Shown here: positions 39,292 through 52,666 of the stretch, one piece after another
How positions within the stretch are numbered: position 1 is the stretch's first letter
Layout: the number at the start of each line of letters is the position of its first letter
Source of the DNA: Mobula hypostoma
Lineage: Eukaryota
NCBI RefSeq assembly: GCF_963921235.1
Contig: NC_086108.1
Location: 28,150,001 to 28,214,000, forward strand
Direction: 5' to 3'
DNA: 64,000 bases
Made by a program: the position numbers and the translations under genes
Notes under the pieces: generated by a model
Told to the model about the DNA's origin: nothing
The model's database searches: none
The model's input: the letters and a program-made list of their open reading frames with translations, nothing else

Positions 39292-39501
39292 AAGGGATCC
39301 CCAACCGTTTTTGCACTGCAGACCGGTTTAATATTGACAATATTCTTGCAGTCCAGCCGACGGGGGGAGTTCAAGTTCAACAGTGTGTGACAGGGAATGA
39401 GGAAAGGTGCAGCTGACTCATATTGTTTCATATTGCCAAATCATATCATTTCCTCGAGCCCGGTAGCACATGTTTTGCGGCCCAGTGGTTGGGGACCATT
39501 G
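39292..39501. mobile_element. hAT (Charlie-like) MITE
   Basis: Imperfect 15-bp TIRs aagggatccccaacc / ggttggggaccattg; 8-bp TSD gaatagat (39284-39291 and 39502-39509). Confidence 0.88.
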
Positions 39502-39544
39502 GAATAGATTAACAACTTTATTGCCATGAGTATAACACAGTTTC

Positions 39545-41345
39545 ATAGAATCAGAGTCAGGTTTTTTATCACTGACATATATCATGAAGTTTGTTGTTTT
39601 GTGGCAGCAGTACAGTGTAAGACATATACAAAGTACTATGAGTTACAATAAAATAATAAATAGTGCAAAAGAGGAATAGAGAGGTGGTGTGTTCATGAGT
39701 TCATGAAACGTTGAGAGATCTGAAAGTGATTGGGAAGAAGCTGTTCCTAAAATGTTGAGTGTGCGGCTTCAGGATCCTGTATCTCCAGCCCAAGGGTAGT
39801 AACGAGAAGAGGGCATGTCCCAGGGGGTGACCGCCCTTAGTTATGGATGTTACTTTCTTGAGACGCTGCTTTTGCAAGATGCCGATGTGGAGAGGCTTGT
39901 GCCAGTAATGGAACAGGCTGAGTCAACACATCTCTGCAGCCTCTTCCTATCTCGTGTATTGGGGCCTCGATACCAGACGGTGATGCAACCTGTCAGAACA
40001 TCTGTAGAAGCTTGCTAGAGTCGTTGGTGACATACCAAATCTCCTCAAACTCCTAATGAAGTATAACCACTAATGTGCCTTCTTTGTGATTATATCAATA
40101 TGTTGGGCCCAGGATAAATCTTAAGAAATGTTGACACCAAGGAACTTGGAGCTGCTCACCCTTTCCACTGCTCACCGCTCAATAAGAATTGGTGTGTGTT
40201 CTTCTGCCTCCCCCTTCTTGAAGTCCACAATCAATTTGTTTGAACATAGAACATACAATAGTACAGCACATTACAGGTCCTTCAGCCCACAATGTTGTCC
40301 TGACCCTCAAACCCTACCTCCCATATAACCCCCCACCTTAAATTCCTCCATATACCTGTCTAGTAGTCTCTTAAACTTCACTAGTGTATCTGCCTCCACC
40401 ACTGACTCAGGCAGTGCATTCCACGCACCAACCACTCTCTGAGTAAAAAACCTTCCTCTAATATCCCCCTTGAACTTCCCACCCCTTACCTTAAAGCCAT
40501 GTCCTCTTGTATTGAGCAGTGGTGCCCTGGGGAAGAGGCACTGGCTATCCACTCTATCTATTCCTCTTATTATCTTGTACACCTCTATCATGTCTCCTCT
40601 CATCCTCCTTCTCTCCAGAGAGTAAAGCCCTAGCTCCCTTAATCTCTGATCATAATCCATACTCTCTAAACCAGGCAGCATCCTGGTAAATCTCCTCTGT
40701 ACCCTTTCCAATGCTTCCACATCCTTCCTACAGTGAGGCGACCACAACTGGACACAGTACTCCAAGTGTGGCCTCACCAGATTTTTATAGAGCTGCATCA
40801 TTGCAACGCGTCTCTTAAACTCTATCCCTCGACTTATGAAAGCTAACACCACATAAGCTTTCTTAATTCCCCTATCTACCTGTGAGGTAACTTTCAGGGA
40901 TCTGTGGACATGTACCCCCAGATCCCTCTGCTCCTCCACACTACCAAGTATCCTGCCATTTACTTTGTACTCTGCCTTGGAGTTTGTTCTTCCAAAGTGT
41001 ACCACCTCACACTTCTCTGGGTTGTTTGTTCCTGCTGATGTTGTGTCCAAAGTTGTTGGGACACTGCTTAACCAGCTGATCTGTCTCACATCTGTACACC
41101 TCCTCACTGCCATCTGAGATTCTGCCAGCAGTGTTGTCAGTGGTGAATTTATAGGTTGCGTTTGAACTGTGCCTAGCCGCACAGTCATGACTGCAGAGGG
41201 GTTAGAGTAGTAGGCTAAGCACACATCCTTAAAGTGCACTTGTGTTGATTGTCAACAAAGAGAAAATATTGTTACCAATCTGTACTGATAAAAGATGAAG
41301 AAGTCGAGATCTAGAGGGAAGTGCAGATGCTCAGGTTTTGAGGAC
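39545..41345 (-). mobile_element. Old Rex1/Babar-like LINE interrupted by a CR1
   Basis: 3' tail (agaatcagagtcaggttttttatcactgac) at the left end; Rex1-like RT sequence resumes at ~41025 after the CR1 insert. Confidence 0.7.
40241..41024 (-). mobile_element. Relatively young 5'-truncated CR1
   Basis: Uninterrupted CR1 ORF2 C-terminus (NPEKCEVVHFG...RPHLEYCVQLWSP...FFTQRVVGAWN) plus 3' UTR and tail. Confidence 0.93.
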
Positions 41346-42949
41346 AGTGAGAGAAATTCTTTTTAGCTTTGTTTCAGCAATGCAGGAAATTATAAAACTA
41401 AAGGACAAGATGGACTTTAAAGGAAGAATCAGATAACACTAATTTAACTTTAATCTTCTTTAGAAATTTCCTTTAGATTGGAAGATTGTGCACCTTGTTT
41501 CTACTTGAGAGAAGGAAATTGGGGTATTATAGATCAATTCACCCTAACATCTCACAATATTTAAGAAGTAATTGTACATGCAAAGACATAGAAGGCTTCG
41601 TGCCAAATATTTACAGATGGGGTTGGTACAGATGTTTGCTTGATGGTTAGCATAGACAGAGTGGGCTGAATGGCCTTTGGCTGTGCGTGTTGTCCATAAC
41701 ACCTGTGGCCAGGAATATGCCAGATTGTTAAATTAAGGATGCATTAACCTAACACCTTGAAAATTCCCTGCTGATCAAAATAAAAAGCATGATTGCTCTT
41801 TTTGAAATCGTGGCTAGATGAATGTTTATGAGTGTTATTTATATGTACTTCCAGAAGACATTCCGTAAAATCACTTACATGAAACTGCTAGTTAAAATTG
41901 AACACAATGATGGAGCTGGTTATGAATCTGTCTAAAGTACAGAAGTCTGAGAGTAAGGATATTGAGCTAATACACTAGTTGGCAAAGTACAGTGTCATGA
42001 AGAATCTATATTAGAGCCACACTTGTAATTATTCATGGCTGAGGTGATGGAAGAGAAAGCCAGATATCCAAGTTTGCAAATGATAAATGATGCCCTGTAA
42101 TAGGGACCGCACAATGGTGCAACGAATCAAGCTGTTCTTTCAGGACCAAGGTTCAGTCCTGTCCTCCTGTGCTGACTATGTGCATTTTGCATATGGGTTT
42201 CCAGTTCTCTTCTACGTCCCAAAGGTGTGTGGGGAGTAGGTTAATTAGCTGCTGTATATTACCACTCATGTAGGTGGATGGTAGAAACTGAGGGAAATTG
42301 AGGAGAATGGGAAGAATTTAAAAATGGAGTTAATCTAATTTTTTATGTAATTGGGTGTTTGTTTGGTTGTTGGTGCTGACCCAACAGGCTAAAGAGCCTG
42401 TTTCCGTGCTATATGTCACCATGACTCAAAAAAGACACCATTGGTATGAGTATAGCAAATCAAAAATGGCAAAATAGGTAAAAGTGTGACAAAAGCAACT
42501 GGAGGATTTTGGACCTAAAAAGGAATCTGTTTTAAATTATGATGGAATCACTGAAGTCTCGAGAGATTTAGAGGTGCAGAAATATCCTGGACAAGTACAT
42601 AGTGTCATCAGAAACACAAATCAAATTCTATTTTTATACAAATAGGGCTAAAAAAAGGGATTTAGAAAATGCTTTGCACCTGGAACGCAGTGTTAAATCG
42701 CTGGTTTACTTAGCCATTTTTTTGAGAATGTGCTGCTGTAAATCTCTTTAAGGTGCAGGATACAAGGTGCCTTGTGTTACAGAAAGACTCTGAAAGACTT
42801 CTGCACTGAGGGTGGAGCGTGCAGTGAAGCCAAGTACTCAGTCACGGGCTGTGATCTGATGATGGAAAGTGGAGGATCGCATACTTGGGGTGGGAGTGGA
42901 ATGGGTCAAGAGGTGGGAGGGACATTGCTGCTTTAAGGAAATCCAATTG

Positions 42950-43720
42950 AAGGTGGGGGTAGGTGAGATGGTATGAAGCCAGGAGGTGACAGGTAGACAA
43001 GGTGAAGGTATCAAATAGGAGAGGACAGTGGACCATGGGAGAAAGGGAAGGAGCAGGGTAACCAGAGGGTGGTGACAGGCAGGTGAGGAGAAGATAAGGG
43101 GTGAGGATAACAAGAATGGAGAATGGAAAAGAGAGAAGGAGAGAGGGGTAGAAATTACCAGATGTTAGCGAAATCAAGGTTCCCACCATCAGGCTGGAGG
43201 CTACCCAGAATGAATATGAGATGTTGCTCCTCCAGCCTGAGTTTGGCTTCATCATGACAGCAGAGGACACCATAGAGAGATATGTCAGAATGGGAATGGG
43301 AATTTGAAATGAAATGGGTAGCCACAGGTGATCCTGCCTTTTGTAGTGGATAGCAGTGGTGTTTGGCAAGGCAGTCCTCTAAGCTGCGTCAGGTCTCACT
43401 GATGTAGAGGAGGCCACACCAAGAGCATTGGATTAAATAGATGACTCTGATAGCCTCACAGGTGAAGTGTCACCTCAGCTGGAAGGGCTGTTTGTGGCCC
43501 TGAATGGCAGTAAGGGAGGAGGTGTAGGGGCCATTGTAGCACTTGTCACACTTGCAGGGATAAGTGACAGGAGGAAGAAAAGTGGGGAGAGATGAGTAGA
43601 CAAAGGATTAATGTGTAGAGGGATGCCAATGGAAGGTGGAAAGGGGAGAAGGTGGGAATGATGTGCGTAGTAATAGGATTCCCATTGGAGAAGGCAAAGG
43701 TTAAAATGAATGATGTGCTG
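42950..43720 (-). mobile_element. Old Penelope-like element fragment (endonuclease plus pLTR)
   Basis: Homologous to 13112-13800; ORF 42842-43369 is an off-frame reading of the same sequence as 13321-13545. Confidence 0.75.
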
Positions 43721-44028
43721 GATATTTTTCCCTTTCAATTCTGAATCGCTTTTCTCCCCTCACTTTCCCTTCTGTTCTGAAGACAACTACTTCCATACAC
43801 CTCAACTGTCACACAGTATGCTCTTTGTTCTGAGTCACCTATTCAACTAAAATGATGGATATGTACTCTGGCACCTTAGTACATTAAAGTTGTTGACGAA
43901 GACAGAATGTATTGACTACGAAAGTATGTACAGAAATGGCCAGACAACAGAGAAGAGCTCCACCTTGTGGTACTTCTTTTATGTATATACACATACATAC
44001 ATACATATACACACACACTACATACACA

Positions 44029-44532
44029 CAGGTGTCCCCTGCTTTACGAATGTTCGCTTTACGCCACTTCGCTTTTACGTACATTAGTACCTGTTTTCAC
44101 TAACCAAAAGAAGATTTTCGCTTTTATGAAAAAGATGCCCATTTTAAACTTGTGTTTACCCCGAGAAAGACTACCATGACCGTGAAGCCTTGCGCGGGCC
44201 GGTGTGTGCGCATGCGTGTACGTGCCGATTTTTTTCTACGAAGCGGTTTTGGCTAAATCTTCCTGATTCTTGTAAGTGAAACCACTCTGTACGTACATTA
44301 TTTCTGCTTGATATAGGCTGTGTATTTATCATATTGTTCCTGCTTTCACTGTATGTAAGTGTTATTTTAGGTTTTATGTGTTATTTAGTATGATTTGGTA
44401 GGTTATTTTTTTGGTCTGGGGAACGCTCAGAATATTTTCCCATATAAATTAATGGTAATTGCTTTTTCGCTTTACGCCATTTTGGCTTATGAACCATTTC
44501 ATAGAAACGTTCTACCTTCAGATAGCGGGGGA
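44029..44532. mobile_element. pogo/Tigger-type MITE in TA/CA microsatellite
   Basis: Termini caggtgtcccctgctttacgaa / ttcagatagcggggga; subterminal repeat ttcgctttacgcca near both ends; TA-rich flanks. Confidence 0.7.
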
Positions 44533-44869
44533 TATATATATATATACTGTGCTTGAAGTTATCCATGGGATGATATCACTGAGCATTTGAGGTTGCGATT
44601 CAAACTGAATGGTAGCTATTCTTGAACGTTGCTGAGTGGGACTTCGAACTTCCATACTGCCAGGCTTCCTCCTGCCCAGTGATAGCTGCAAAAGATGACA
44701 TGGCCAATATGGTAGGGATTTTTGATGATAGATATTGTCTTGATAGGTGTGTTCCTGAGCAACGTAAGGAAATAGGGGAGAAAATAACTTGTGCAAAGAA
44801 ACAGACTATAAGGAGAGTCTAAGAGAGGGAAATGATGGAGGCCTTACAAACTCATTCGTAAGGCCAGTG

Positions 44870-45247
44870 ATGTTGTGGGGATGGAACTGGACTCTCTCAC
44901 GGTGGTGTCTGAAAAGAGGATGCTGTCCATCTTGGACAATGCCTCCCATCCACTACATAATGGACTGGTTGGGCACAGGAGTACATTCAGCCTGAAACTC
45001 ATTCCACCGAGATGCAACATTGAGCATCATAGGAAGTCATTCCTGCCTGTGGCCATCAAACTTTACAACTCCTCCCTTGGAGAGTCAGACATCCTGAGCC
45101 AACAGGCTGGTCCTGGATCTATTTCCTGGCATAATTTACATATTACTATTCAATTATTAATGGTTTTATTACTATTTAATTATTTATGGTGCAACTGTAA
45201 CGAAAACCAATTTCCCTCGGGATCAATAAAGTATGACTATGACTATG
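44870..45247 (+). mobile_element. Rex1/Babar-like LINE 3' fragment (second subfamily)
   Basis: SILDNASHPLH...PRCNIEHHRKSFLPVAIKLYN, then ggatcaataaag and a (tatgac)n tail. Confidence 0.75.
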
Positions 45248-45592
45248 TTTAGAAAGAGGGAACCAGTGCTTGGAGAATAGATTGGTGATGCCATGACTAT
45301 CACTAAATTAAATTCAGGGGTGCTCAAGAGACCAAAATTAAATAATATTTCAGGTAAGTGAAGATTATGGACATATGAGGAGACAGGGCCATTTGATAAT
45401 TTTAAAATTTTCATTCTTTTTCTATCAATGAGTTGTCTAACAGGAAGCCAGTGTAAGAAGGATCAGGAGAGCTGGGTAGATGAGATTTAGTCGGAGCTAG
45501 GGCACAAGCAGCAGTTGAGAAATCATAAACTGAGTGGACTTCAGCTTACAGATTGTGGGACAAGAAAGGCCAGTTAGGGTTGCATTGAAATA

Positions 45593-46130
45593 CCCTCAGT
45601 GGCCACATTATTAGGTACAGGAGAGGACCCGTGGCGTCTTCTGCAGCTGTACCCCATCCACTTCACGGTTCGATGTGTTGTGCATTCAGAAATGCTCTTC
45701 TGCACACCACTGTTGTTATGCTTGGTTATCTGAATTACTGTGGTCTTCCTGTCTGTTTGAACCAGTCTGGGCATCCTCCTCTGACTTCTCTTGTTAAAAG
45801 GGCATTTTGCCCATAAAACTGTCATTCACTGGATGGTATTTTTTGTTGTTTTTTTACACTGTTCTCTGTAAAATCTAGAGACTGTTGTGTGTGAAAACCC
45901 CAGATCAGCAGTTTGAGATCAGCAAGTCACCCCATCTAGCACCAACAATTATTCCATGGTCAAGGTCACTTTGATCGCATTTCTTCCCCATTCTGGTGTT
46001 TGTTCTGAGAAACAACTGAACCTCTTGTCCATGTCTGCATGCTTTTATGCATTGAGTTGGTGCCACATAACTAGCTGATATGATATCTCCATTAATGAAC
46101 AGGCGTGCCTAATAAAGTGGCCACTGAGTG
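45593..46130 (-). mobile_element. Tc1-derived non-autonomous transposon with both TIRs
   Basis: TA-ccctcagtggccacattattaggtac ... gtgcctaataaagtggccactgagtg-TA. Minus-strand transposase HTH remnant QRRMPRLVQTDRKTTVIQIT...ISECTTHRTVKWMGYSCRR. Confidence 0.9.
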
Positions 46131-47064
46131 TAGCTGAGTCTGGGGGAAACAAAGCCAGTGCACCTCCTCAAGAGTCTAAAGAAATTTGCCATGTCCTTTT
46201 GCACCATCACTAATTTTTATTGATGCACCACAGAAAGCATCCTACACTGATGCAATGTGACTTGGTATGACAAGTGCTCTCTGCCTGTGACCACAAGAAA
46301 CTGCAGAGTTATGGACACAGCTCAGCACATATGGAAACCAGCATCTTCTCCATGGACTTTGTCTACACTTTGTGCTGCAAATAAGGCAGCCAATACGACT
46401 AAAGACCCATCTAGACAATCTCTCCTACTCCCGCCATCAGGCGAAAGATCCAACAGCCTGAATACATGTGTCACTGGGCTCAGGATAGCATCTATCCCAT
46501 TGTTATAAGACGATTGAACAGTCCCCAAGTACAGTAAGATGAACTATCAACCTCACAATCTATCTCTATTATGCGTTTGCTCCTGACTGCAGTGTGCTTT
46601 CTGTAACACTTTGTTCGACATTCTGTTATTGTTTTCCTAGTACTACCTTGGTGCTGTGCTGTAATGAAATGATCTGTATGGATAGCATGCAGAACAAAGT
46701 TTTTCACTGTACCTCAATACATGTGACAATGACAAACCAATTTAAGTAAGATTCGTGATTTTCACCTGCATCATGCTGTGACTGGTCTGAAGATGCAAAT
46801 AATCAGACTCTGGGACACTGATGCATCACATCTTCTCTTCTGTCCTGTCATTCACGAAGAAGATGGTAAAAGATATTTAAAAAATCTCATGTCTGATGAC
46901 CTACTGAAATAAACTGTCAGGCATAAAAGTGCTATTAGCCATTTTACATGAGGAAGTAATGTACTGGTGAGATGGTAACAATGAAGTTAACTTGTGGAGA
47001 TAACCTGGGATTCATTGATGTTTGTTTTAACTTTGCTCTTACCGAAAATGTGCTTATTTTTTAG

Positions 47065-47165
47065 ATTGGAAGCCCGCACTGAGCCTAGCTGTGGTCCATT
47101 GTGCAAACCCAGTGAATAGCAAACTGTGCCGGAGATTTGAAGTGACATCCTACCCTACGATAAAG
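47065..47165 (+). CDS. QSOX1: QSOX (likely QSOX1) internal exon, equivalent to exon 2; C-terminal half of the first thioredoxin domain
   Basis: tttttttag|AT...AAG|gtacac; 101 nt, phase 1 to 0. Translates (x)WKPALSLAVVHCANPVNSKLCRRFEVTSYPTIK, matching recalled human QSOX1 WRPALYLAALDCAEETNSAVCRDFNIPGFPTVR. C-x8-C disulfide and cis-Pro (YPT) are kept. Confidence 0.93.
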
Positions 47166-49429
47166 GTACACTGTTTGAGTATTGCTTTGTGTGCTGGTAT
47201 TAATGACAAATAATAAAGAATACGCTTCTGTTAGTAACATGTGTTCAATTTGGATCCAAAGGTTCCTCAATTAAATTAAACTTGATGAAAGTGTCCCATA
47301 ATCCCAATTTAAAAACTGGTTCTAAATTATTGTTCGCTTTGGCCATCTGAGGAAGATTTGTACACAGATTCAATCTGCATTTCAATCCAGGATGTCTTTA
47401 TCATTGTATATTGTTTTTAAGTTATCCTTACAATGACACTCAAGGTGGCTTATTGGGCCCACATTGTCTCCCAGGATAGAATCCTATTAGTCCCATTTTC
47501 TCCTCTTTATTTCCCTTCAGCCCTGCAAATTTTTTCCCTCCCATGCCTGCAAACTACTTGTTGATTGATATTTTGTACCATTAACCCATACTAAGGGCTA
47601 GTTTATGTTTGCCAGTACCAGCTTTCCCCACATGGTCACAGGGAGAACACGTAATCTCTACACAAGGCAGCACCAGAAGAGAGGATTGACCTCAGAGGCA
47701 TATGAGCCGCCTTTGCTAGCAATAGTGGGCAGGCCTAAGCTGATCTACTGTACATAACCTGTAATAAAATGATGTTTAGATGGAGTTTGTGTAAGGATTG
47801 ATCACATGAAGTTCACATAGAATTAAAGATATATATATCAAGAAGAGCTATATCATTGCTGTGATGATTAAGGCTGTGCACAGCATGCCTACGAATGCCC
47901 ATCTCGATCTCCCGAAGTGCCAACAGAAGAGCTTTCAGATCAGCAAACACATGCCTCGCACACAACACAAAAGGCTCAGTAAGGCTCCTGAAATGCAGCC
48001 AACTTTCTATTTTCAGCTCAATAGGGAACAGCCTGTTAGAGTTGCACCAAACCATCACTGCTCAGCACAGCCTCTTGCAAGTCAAAATATTGCCCTCAGT
48101 TAACTCTGCTTTCAACCAACTCTTCACTGCTTTCCCTTTTAGTAACTTGGCCCTGGGATGAGATTATTCTGAAGAGTGACAAGTTTTCTTTTTTATTTAA
48201 ATCCAGCTGAGTACTGACCAACTGTCTTGAACAGTTACTACAGCATGCCCACAGTGAGCTGGAATCAAAACTTAGCTGCAGTTCTGGAAACTCACTGAGC
48301 TTGTCTGCTCTTCTGTGATCTATGAATTATATGTTTGCAGGCTTAGAGATTTCCGGAACAGGTTCACATCTGGAAATATAAAAAAATATTGCCAGTATAG
48401 TACTCACTATGAACTTGGTAAACAGAGAGTGGGTCTGGAAATTATGGGTACCTCAATTACCCAGTTTTAATTTGATTCTAATTTGATAAATCTCTTTATT
48501 GGACAAGTTGATGTAACCAACTACCCAAGTTTACTAATTCAGCTTTATTTTATGGTTTCACTTTATTCAGGTGTCCCCATTTTCTTCATAATGCTTTATA
48601 GTGTTTTCTCCGGAGGCTCATTCTTTTCATAGTCTAATCCATTAGCTATCTATTTGTTTGCTTGTAACTAATCAACATAAAGTCTATGTAGATCCATGGC
48701 TTAAGTTGATTGGACTGACCAACTAACCAACAGGAAGTCTAGATCTAAGGATCAAACTGATTGGACTAATTCTCATCTGTCGCTCTCCATCCTTACTGTT
48801 TTGGAGATTAAAAGTTTTGATTTGCCATACTCCTTCCACACCTTGTGTGGTTTTCAAGAAATTAAGAGACTCAGCAAGTGAGGTATTCCATGTGTTGCAA
48901 GGGCAGGTACCAACTTCAGTACGAAGCACAGTGTGTTGCAAAGAAGCCTGGTCTGTATGCTCCTCCTCAATGATTTGGATAACTAATTCCCCCAGTATTT
49001 GTTCCTTGCATGGGGTTCGTTGTACAACCTACATACTTCAAAAATGCCACTCAGGAGTTCAGCTGGACATTTTGCCCATTACCTGCAGAGCCAGTTGGCT
49101 GGGACAGTAATAGGTCTGGTCAGAAATATTAGAAGAAAACACCCAGTGCAGGCACTTCAAATATAGGATACATGACTGCCAATGTCACAAAGTACATCTG
49201 TGCTGGATTGCCAGCTATGAACAAAGCAGAGCTAATGTGTAAAACAGAGTATCAGCAGAGTTTGAGTGATGCCTTGAAATTCACCAATCCATTATGTTTG
49301 CATTCAGTTGGGTTCCAGGAAAATGATTATTCTCCTGTGCTGTACCTGTTTGTTACTGGTGTAATGTAACTGTCTTTTATTACTTCCAGTCACTGCCTTC
49401 ATAACAGTTTTATTTCATCTTTCCCTCAG

Positions 49430-49478
49430 CTGTTCAAAGCATTTTCAAGACCATTTGTCAGAGGAGAGCACTTTAGTG
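49430..49478 (+). CDS. QSOX1: QSOX internal exon, equivalent to exon 3
   Basis: catctttccctcag|CTG...AGTG|gttagt; 49 nt, phase 0 to 1. Translates LFKAFSRPFVRGEHFS(G), compared with recalled QSOX1 FFKAFTKNGSG and QSOX2 YFKAFTKEFTTGENFKG. In frame with both neighbouring exons. Confidence 0.9.
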
Positions 49479-49654
49479 GTTAGTACATTTATCTTGTTAT
49501 CCTGCTTTACTGTTTACTCCTGCTATTGTGCTAATGATCCTTTCATACATATGGTGCTAACTCTGCCTGTTCCCTTTCGGTTTTTTTTTGACAACTAATC
49601 AGAGGTCTGAGCCTGTTCACTCTGCCCTGCTGGGTAAAAAGCAAGTAATATATC

Positions 49655-51950
49655 ATAGAATAGAAGTGTCATAGAACATCACAGCATAGAAACAGGCCCT
49701 TTGGCCCATCTAGTCCATGCCAAACCATTAGTCTGCCAATACCCATCAACCGACACATGGACCATAACCCTCCATTCTCTTTCCAACAATGTACCTATCC
49801 AAAGTTCTCAAAACTGCACACAATACTCCAAATGTCCCACCAATGCCATTTTATGCAATTTTAATATAACATCCCAACTCCTGTACTCAATATATTAGTT
49901 TATAAAGGCCAATGTGCCAAAAGACTTTATGACCCTATCTGCCTGTGACGCCACTTTCAAGGAAGTATGGATTGTATTCCAATCCCTCTGTTTTACCATA
50001 TTCCTCGGTGCCCTACTGCTCACTGTGTGAGACCTGCCTCCTCCCAAAGTGCAACATCTCACACTTGTCTGCATTAGATTCCATCTGCTGTTTTTCCTGT
50101 CAAAGGCCTTGATAATGTAATCAACATCCATTGCCTTGGTTTGATCAACTTTCATAGTAACTTCCTCCAAAAATTCTATAAGGTTGGTTAGACATGACTT
50201 ACCATGCACAATCCATGTGGTCTATCCCTAATCAGTCCAATTCTATCCAAATATATAAGTATTCGGTCCCTTAGAAGACCTTCCAATAACTTTCCCACTA
50301 CAACGTCAGGCTCACTGGCCTATAATTTCCTGACTTATTGTTGGAGTCTTTCTTAAGCAACAGAACAATATTAGCTATCCTCTAATCCACTGGCACCTCA
50401 CCCATGGCTAAGGATTAGTCCAATATTAGTCCCCTAATCTGAGGAAAGACCTTCTTGCCATAGAGGGAGTACAAAGAAGGTTCACCAGATTGATTCCTGG
50501 GATGGCAGGAAAACAGATTATTATCTGAATGGTGGCCGATTAGGAAAAGGGGAGGTGCAACGAGACCTGGGTGTCATTATACACCAGTCATTGAAAGTGG
50601 GCATGCAGGTACAGCAGGCGGTGAAAAAGGCGAACGGTATGCTGGCATTTATAGCGAGAGGATTCGAGTACAGGAGCAGGGAGGTACTACTGCAGTTGTA
50701 CAAGGCCTTGGTGAGACCACACCTGGAGTATTGTGTGCAGTTTTGGTCCCCTAATCTGAGGAAAGACATCTTTGCCATAGAGGGAGTACAAAGAAGGTTC
50801 ACCAGATTGATTCCTGGGATGGCAGGTCTTTCATATGAAGAAAGACTGGATGAACTGGGCTTGTACTCGTTGGAATTTAGAAGATTGAGGGGGGATCTGA
50901 TTGAAACGTATAAGATCCTAAAGGGATTGGACAGGCTAGATGCAGGAAGATTATTCCCGATGTTGGGGAGGTCTAGAACGAGGGGTCACAGTTTGAGGAT
51001 AGAGGGGAAGCCTTTTAGGACCGAGGTTAGGAAAAACTTCTTCACACAGAGAGTGGTGAATCTGTGGAATTCTCTGCCACAGCAAACTGTTGAGGCCAGT
51101 TCATTAGCTATGTTTAAAAGGAAGTTAGATATGGCCCTTGTGGCTACAGGGGTCAGGGGGTATGGAGGGAAGGCTGGGTTCTGAGTTGGATGATCAGCCA
51201 TGATCATAATAAATGGCGGTGCAGGCTCGAAGGGCCGAATGGCCTACTCCTGCACCTATTTTCTATGTTTCTATGTTTCTATGAGATGAGGAAAAACTTC
51301 TTCACACAGAGAGTAGTGAATCTGTGGAATTCTCTGCCACAGGAAACAGTTGAGGCCAGTTCATTGGCTATATTTAAGAGGGAGTTAGATATGGCCCTTG
51401 TAGCTAGCAGGAGGTATGGAGAGAAGGCAGGTACAGGGTTCAGAGTTGGATGATCAGCCATGATCATACTGAATGGCGGTGCAGGCTCGAAGGGCCAAAT
51501 GGCCTACTCCTGCACCTATTTTCTATGTTTCTATGTTTCTATTTGTTATATAATGGCTACAATGTCGTAATTCCATGTGCTGATCCATGTCCTAAGTTCA
51601 TCTGCCTATTCTATGATATTCCTTGCACGGAAATATATGCAGCTCAGAACATTAGTCCCACCATGCACAACCTTTCAATTCCTGACTTTATATCTGGGCT
51701 TACATCTTTCTCCATAACCACTCCACTATTTGTTCTGGCACTCTGCTTCCCATTCCCCTGCAGCTCTAGTTTAAAACCCACCTCCCATCTCCCCCCATGG
51801 AGCACCAGGAAACCTTCCTGCTAGCATATTAGTACCCCTCCAGTTCTGGTGCAAATTATCCTTTCTGTACATGTCAAATTTTCCTAAGAAGAGAGCCCAA
51901 TGATCCAAAAATCTGAAGCACTCCCTCCTGCACCATCTCGTTAGCCACTT
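49655..51950 (-). mobile_element. Old minus-strand CR1 remnants (49655-50415 and 51545-51950) split by plus-strand CR1 inserts
   Basis: HGKSCLTNLIEFLEEVT...KAFD on the minus strand; ORF1/ORF2 junction-like sequence to the right of the insert. Confidence 0.7.
50429..51541 (+). mobile_element. Composite of two related CR1 3' fragments
   Basis: ORF 50555-51184 is an intact CR1 C-terminus; two (TTTCTATG)n tails end at ~51282 and ~51541; 50429-50509 repeats 50746-50826. Confidence 0.9.
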
Positions 51951-52666
51951 AATGTGGTTTAGAAATGGTGCTGTCTAAGATTCCATCAATTCTCCTGCAT
52001 CCAGCTGTTTTCCAGTTGAACTGCAAGACCATTCACCACTGCATCAAGTAGTCGTGTTAATTGCAGATCCTACAGAGTCAGGGGCTCCAGCCTTTAAAAA
52101 ACATCAGTGCAATTCTTGACATTTGTCAGGGTCCCAGAAATAATAGATCATCACATGGGTTTATACAGCCAGAAAAGGAGCTTTCTCTTAGGCCACAGAG
52201 TGGAGTTGCTAATAGAAACATAGAAAACCTGCAGCACAATACAGGCCCTTCAGCCCACAAAGCTGTGTCGAACATGTCCTTAGAAATTACCTAGAGTTAC
52301 CCATAGTCTTCTATTTTTCTGAGCTCTAAGTACCTGTCCAGCAGTCTCTTAAAAGACCCTATTGTATCTGCCTCCACCACCGTCGCTGGTAGCCCATTCC
52401 ACGCACTCACCACTCCCTGTGTAAAAAAACTTACCCCTGATATCTCCTCTGTACCTACGTCCAAACACCTTAAAACCGTGCCCTGTCGTGCAAGCCATTT
52501 CAGCCCTGGGAGAAAGCCTCTGACTCTCCACATGATCAATGCCTCTCATCATCTTATACACGTCCATCAGGTCACCTCTCATCCTCCATCGCTCCAAGGA
52601 AAAAGACCGAGTTCACTCAAGCTATTCTCATTAGGCATGCTCCCCAGTCCAGACAACATCCTTGTA

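Noticed and set aside
40307..41239. 310-aa ORF as a host gene
   Set aside because: Chance fusion of off-frame Rex1-like sequence with a CR1 ORF2 C-terminus.
47858..48000. Possible C/D box snoRNA (GTGATGA ... CTGA)
   Set aside because: Terminal stem poorly placed, no clear internal C'/D' boxes, and no recognisable rRNA antisense element.
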